Assembly (NCBI RefSeq): GCF_001194135.2 | Contig: NC_069006.1 | Span: 22,652,277 to 22,716,276, forward strand | Direction: 5' to 3' | Source of the DNA: Octopus bimaculoides | Taxonomy: Eukaryota | DNA: 64,000 nucleotides | Part shown: one piece after another, positions 62,243 through 64,000 of the stretch | Numbering within the stretch: position 1 is the first letter of the stretch | Layout of the letters: every line of letters begins with the position of its first letter | Position numbers and translations under genes: made by a program | The notes under the pieces: generated by a model | What the model was told of the DNA's origin: nothing | Databases searched by the model: none | The model's input: the letters and a program-made list of their open reading frames with translations, nothing else

Positions 62243-64000
62243 GATCAACTGAAGTTGGAATGATATTCAATAGATTGATTGAATATTCACCACCTTCCCT
62301 CCAGTATTTATTGTCTCGCCTATCATTATTTATTTTTTGATTTGTGTTCAAATCCTGCTAAAGTCGTCTTTTACCTTTAATTCTTTTGAGGGCCGGCAAA
62401 ATAGGAAATAGGTTAGCGGTTCGGTGCCACTGGTTCAACGACCGAATGCCTTGTATTTAGCTACGACCTTCTCCGTTCCTTGTTAAAATCCCGCCGAGAC
62501 ACATTTCATCTTTCATCCTTCCGGTGTGTTCTATTATAATTTGATTGACATCTCAGGTAACACATACACACATAACAAGCTCTCACGACAAACAGTATAA
62601 TGTTTATTATGCACAGATTACCTGATAAATATTGTATATACATACACGCACAACACGATATATATGTATATATTAATACAACATTTATATACTTATATAC
62701 ACATACACACGATATATATATTATACACACCCGACACAGTATAATATGCATACACAACACACTATATATGAGTGTGTATAATATTTGCCTTTTTTGTGTG
62801 CGCCTTTCGCTCAGGTGTCGATAAAAAATACGACCACCACCACTCAAATATCAGGCACCAAATTATATTGCTATAATCCATTTTAGATGTGAAAGGAATT
62901 ATAATAGAAGAAATATAACAATTAAGACAATATAGAAGGATACAATTAAAACTACAGGTCTATATATACCTCTCTATTTAATTTTTGTGGCCTTGGGCCT
63001 TTATGCTAGAAATTGAAAGGAAAATTATTATTATTGCGATGGAAACGTTGAAACAGGTTCTACTTGTATTTTGAAATTGAACCTTACACAAACACAATGT
63101 GTGTATGTATGCATACATATACATACGTGTGTGTGTGTGTATAATATATATATACATACATACACACGCACTGCTTTGACAGTGAATACTTGGTCTTTTG
63201 GATTGTCTAATGGTGTAATGTCGACACAAACATATGTTAAATTTATTATTTGGTTGCAAATAATAAAACCTCTCCACTTTTTAATCGCTTCAAAATATAT
63301 ATAAATTTTGTCACATGTTAACAATGATCTAAGACGTTCCAACCGTACCCACTTTGTCATTTCGTATATCTAGAATTAATTATATTGTCGAACATGTCTT
63401 TCCTTTCCTATGATGGCTAAAAGGTGATTTTCGAGAGATTTGGCTGCTATTTCTAACTTGTCATGTTTTTGATATTTAGCCGAAGGTCAAGTTAAATTGA
63501 TCAGACCTGTGATCAAAGATGTTTCAGCTGTGGCCATCCCGTCTTGTTTTCTTTAGGTAGGCATAAGTAAACCTTGGACTACATTATGTATTGCGTCCTT
63601 TTCTAAGACATTAAGGTGTGATTAGGCTACAATATGTTTGTTAACAGATGCTTTCTTCTCAATCTCCATGTGATAACATTCGTCACCAAAGAAGCCGTTA
63701 CCTTGTCACTCCCCAGGATAGAAAAGCAGCCAAATCTCCCTCACGTCTGAAAAAAAGGGGGTGGGGAGTCATATATATGGGTACCTCTTATGTCTCTCCA
63801 TCCATCAAAAGTCATGATAGTCACGGCTGGAATGTCTTTGATCATGGCTCTAGTCGAACATTCGACTTAAGTACTTATCTTTTAATGTCTGTTACTTATT
63901 CTATCGTTTCTTTTGCCGAACCGTTACGTTACGGGGACGTAAGCAGACCAACACCGGTTGTCAAGCGTTGGTGCTCAGATAAGCACACATATACATACAC

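Overview
Eukaryotic, gappy, repeat-dense genomic DNA (about 20 N-runs; abundant (TA)n, (CA)n, (CAT)n and (AAT)n tracts; hundreds of bases of SINE fragments per few kb). The repeat content suggests an octopus/cephalopod draft assembly (inference). No CRISPR, rRNA or true tRNA genes were seen, and most listed ORFs are microsatellite or N artefacts. Well-supported coding sequence: (1) a 1.49-kb terminal exon (27857-29346, +) of a C2H2 zinc-finger transcription factor with five N-terminal fingers and an Ikaros/Hunchback-type C-terminal finger pair; (2) a 5'-truncated but open DD37D (maT) Tc1/mariner transposase (2076-2912). A decayed DD41D-like mariner lies at 30837-31500. Two phase-consistent chains of short minus-strand exons (14.8-17.1 kb, 30.2-33.8 kb) suggest genes missed by the ORF track. 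The most notable element is a non-coding, highly structured 351-bp unit with terminal direct redundancy (3076-3469) that contains a complete minimal type-I hammerhead ribozyme (3254-3322), i.e. a retrozyme/Penelope-like element. A 128-bp inverted repeat carrying two further hammerhead-like motifs lies 1 kb upstream. Several large foldback palindromes, nested and tandem SINEs, and a CpG-decay pattern that may outline methylated gene bodies are also present.
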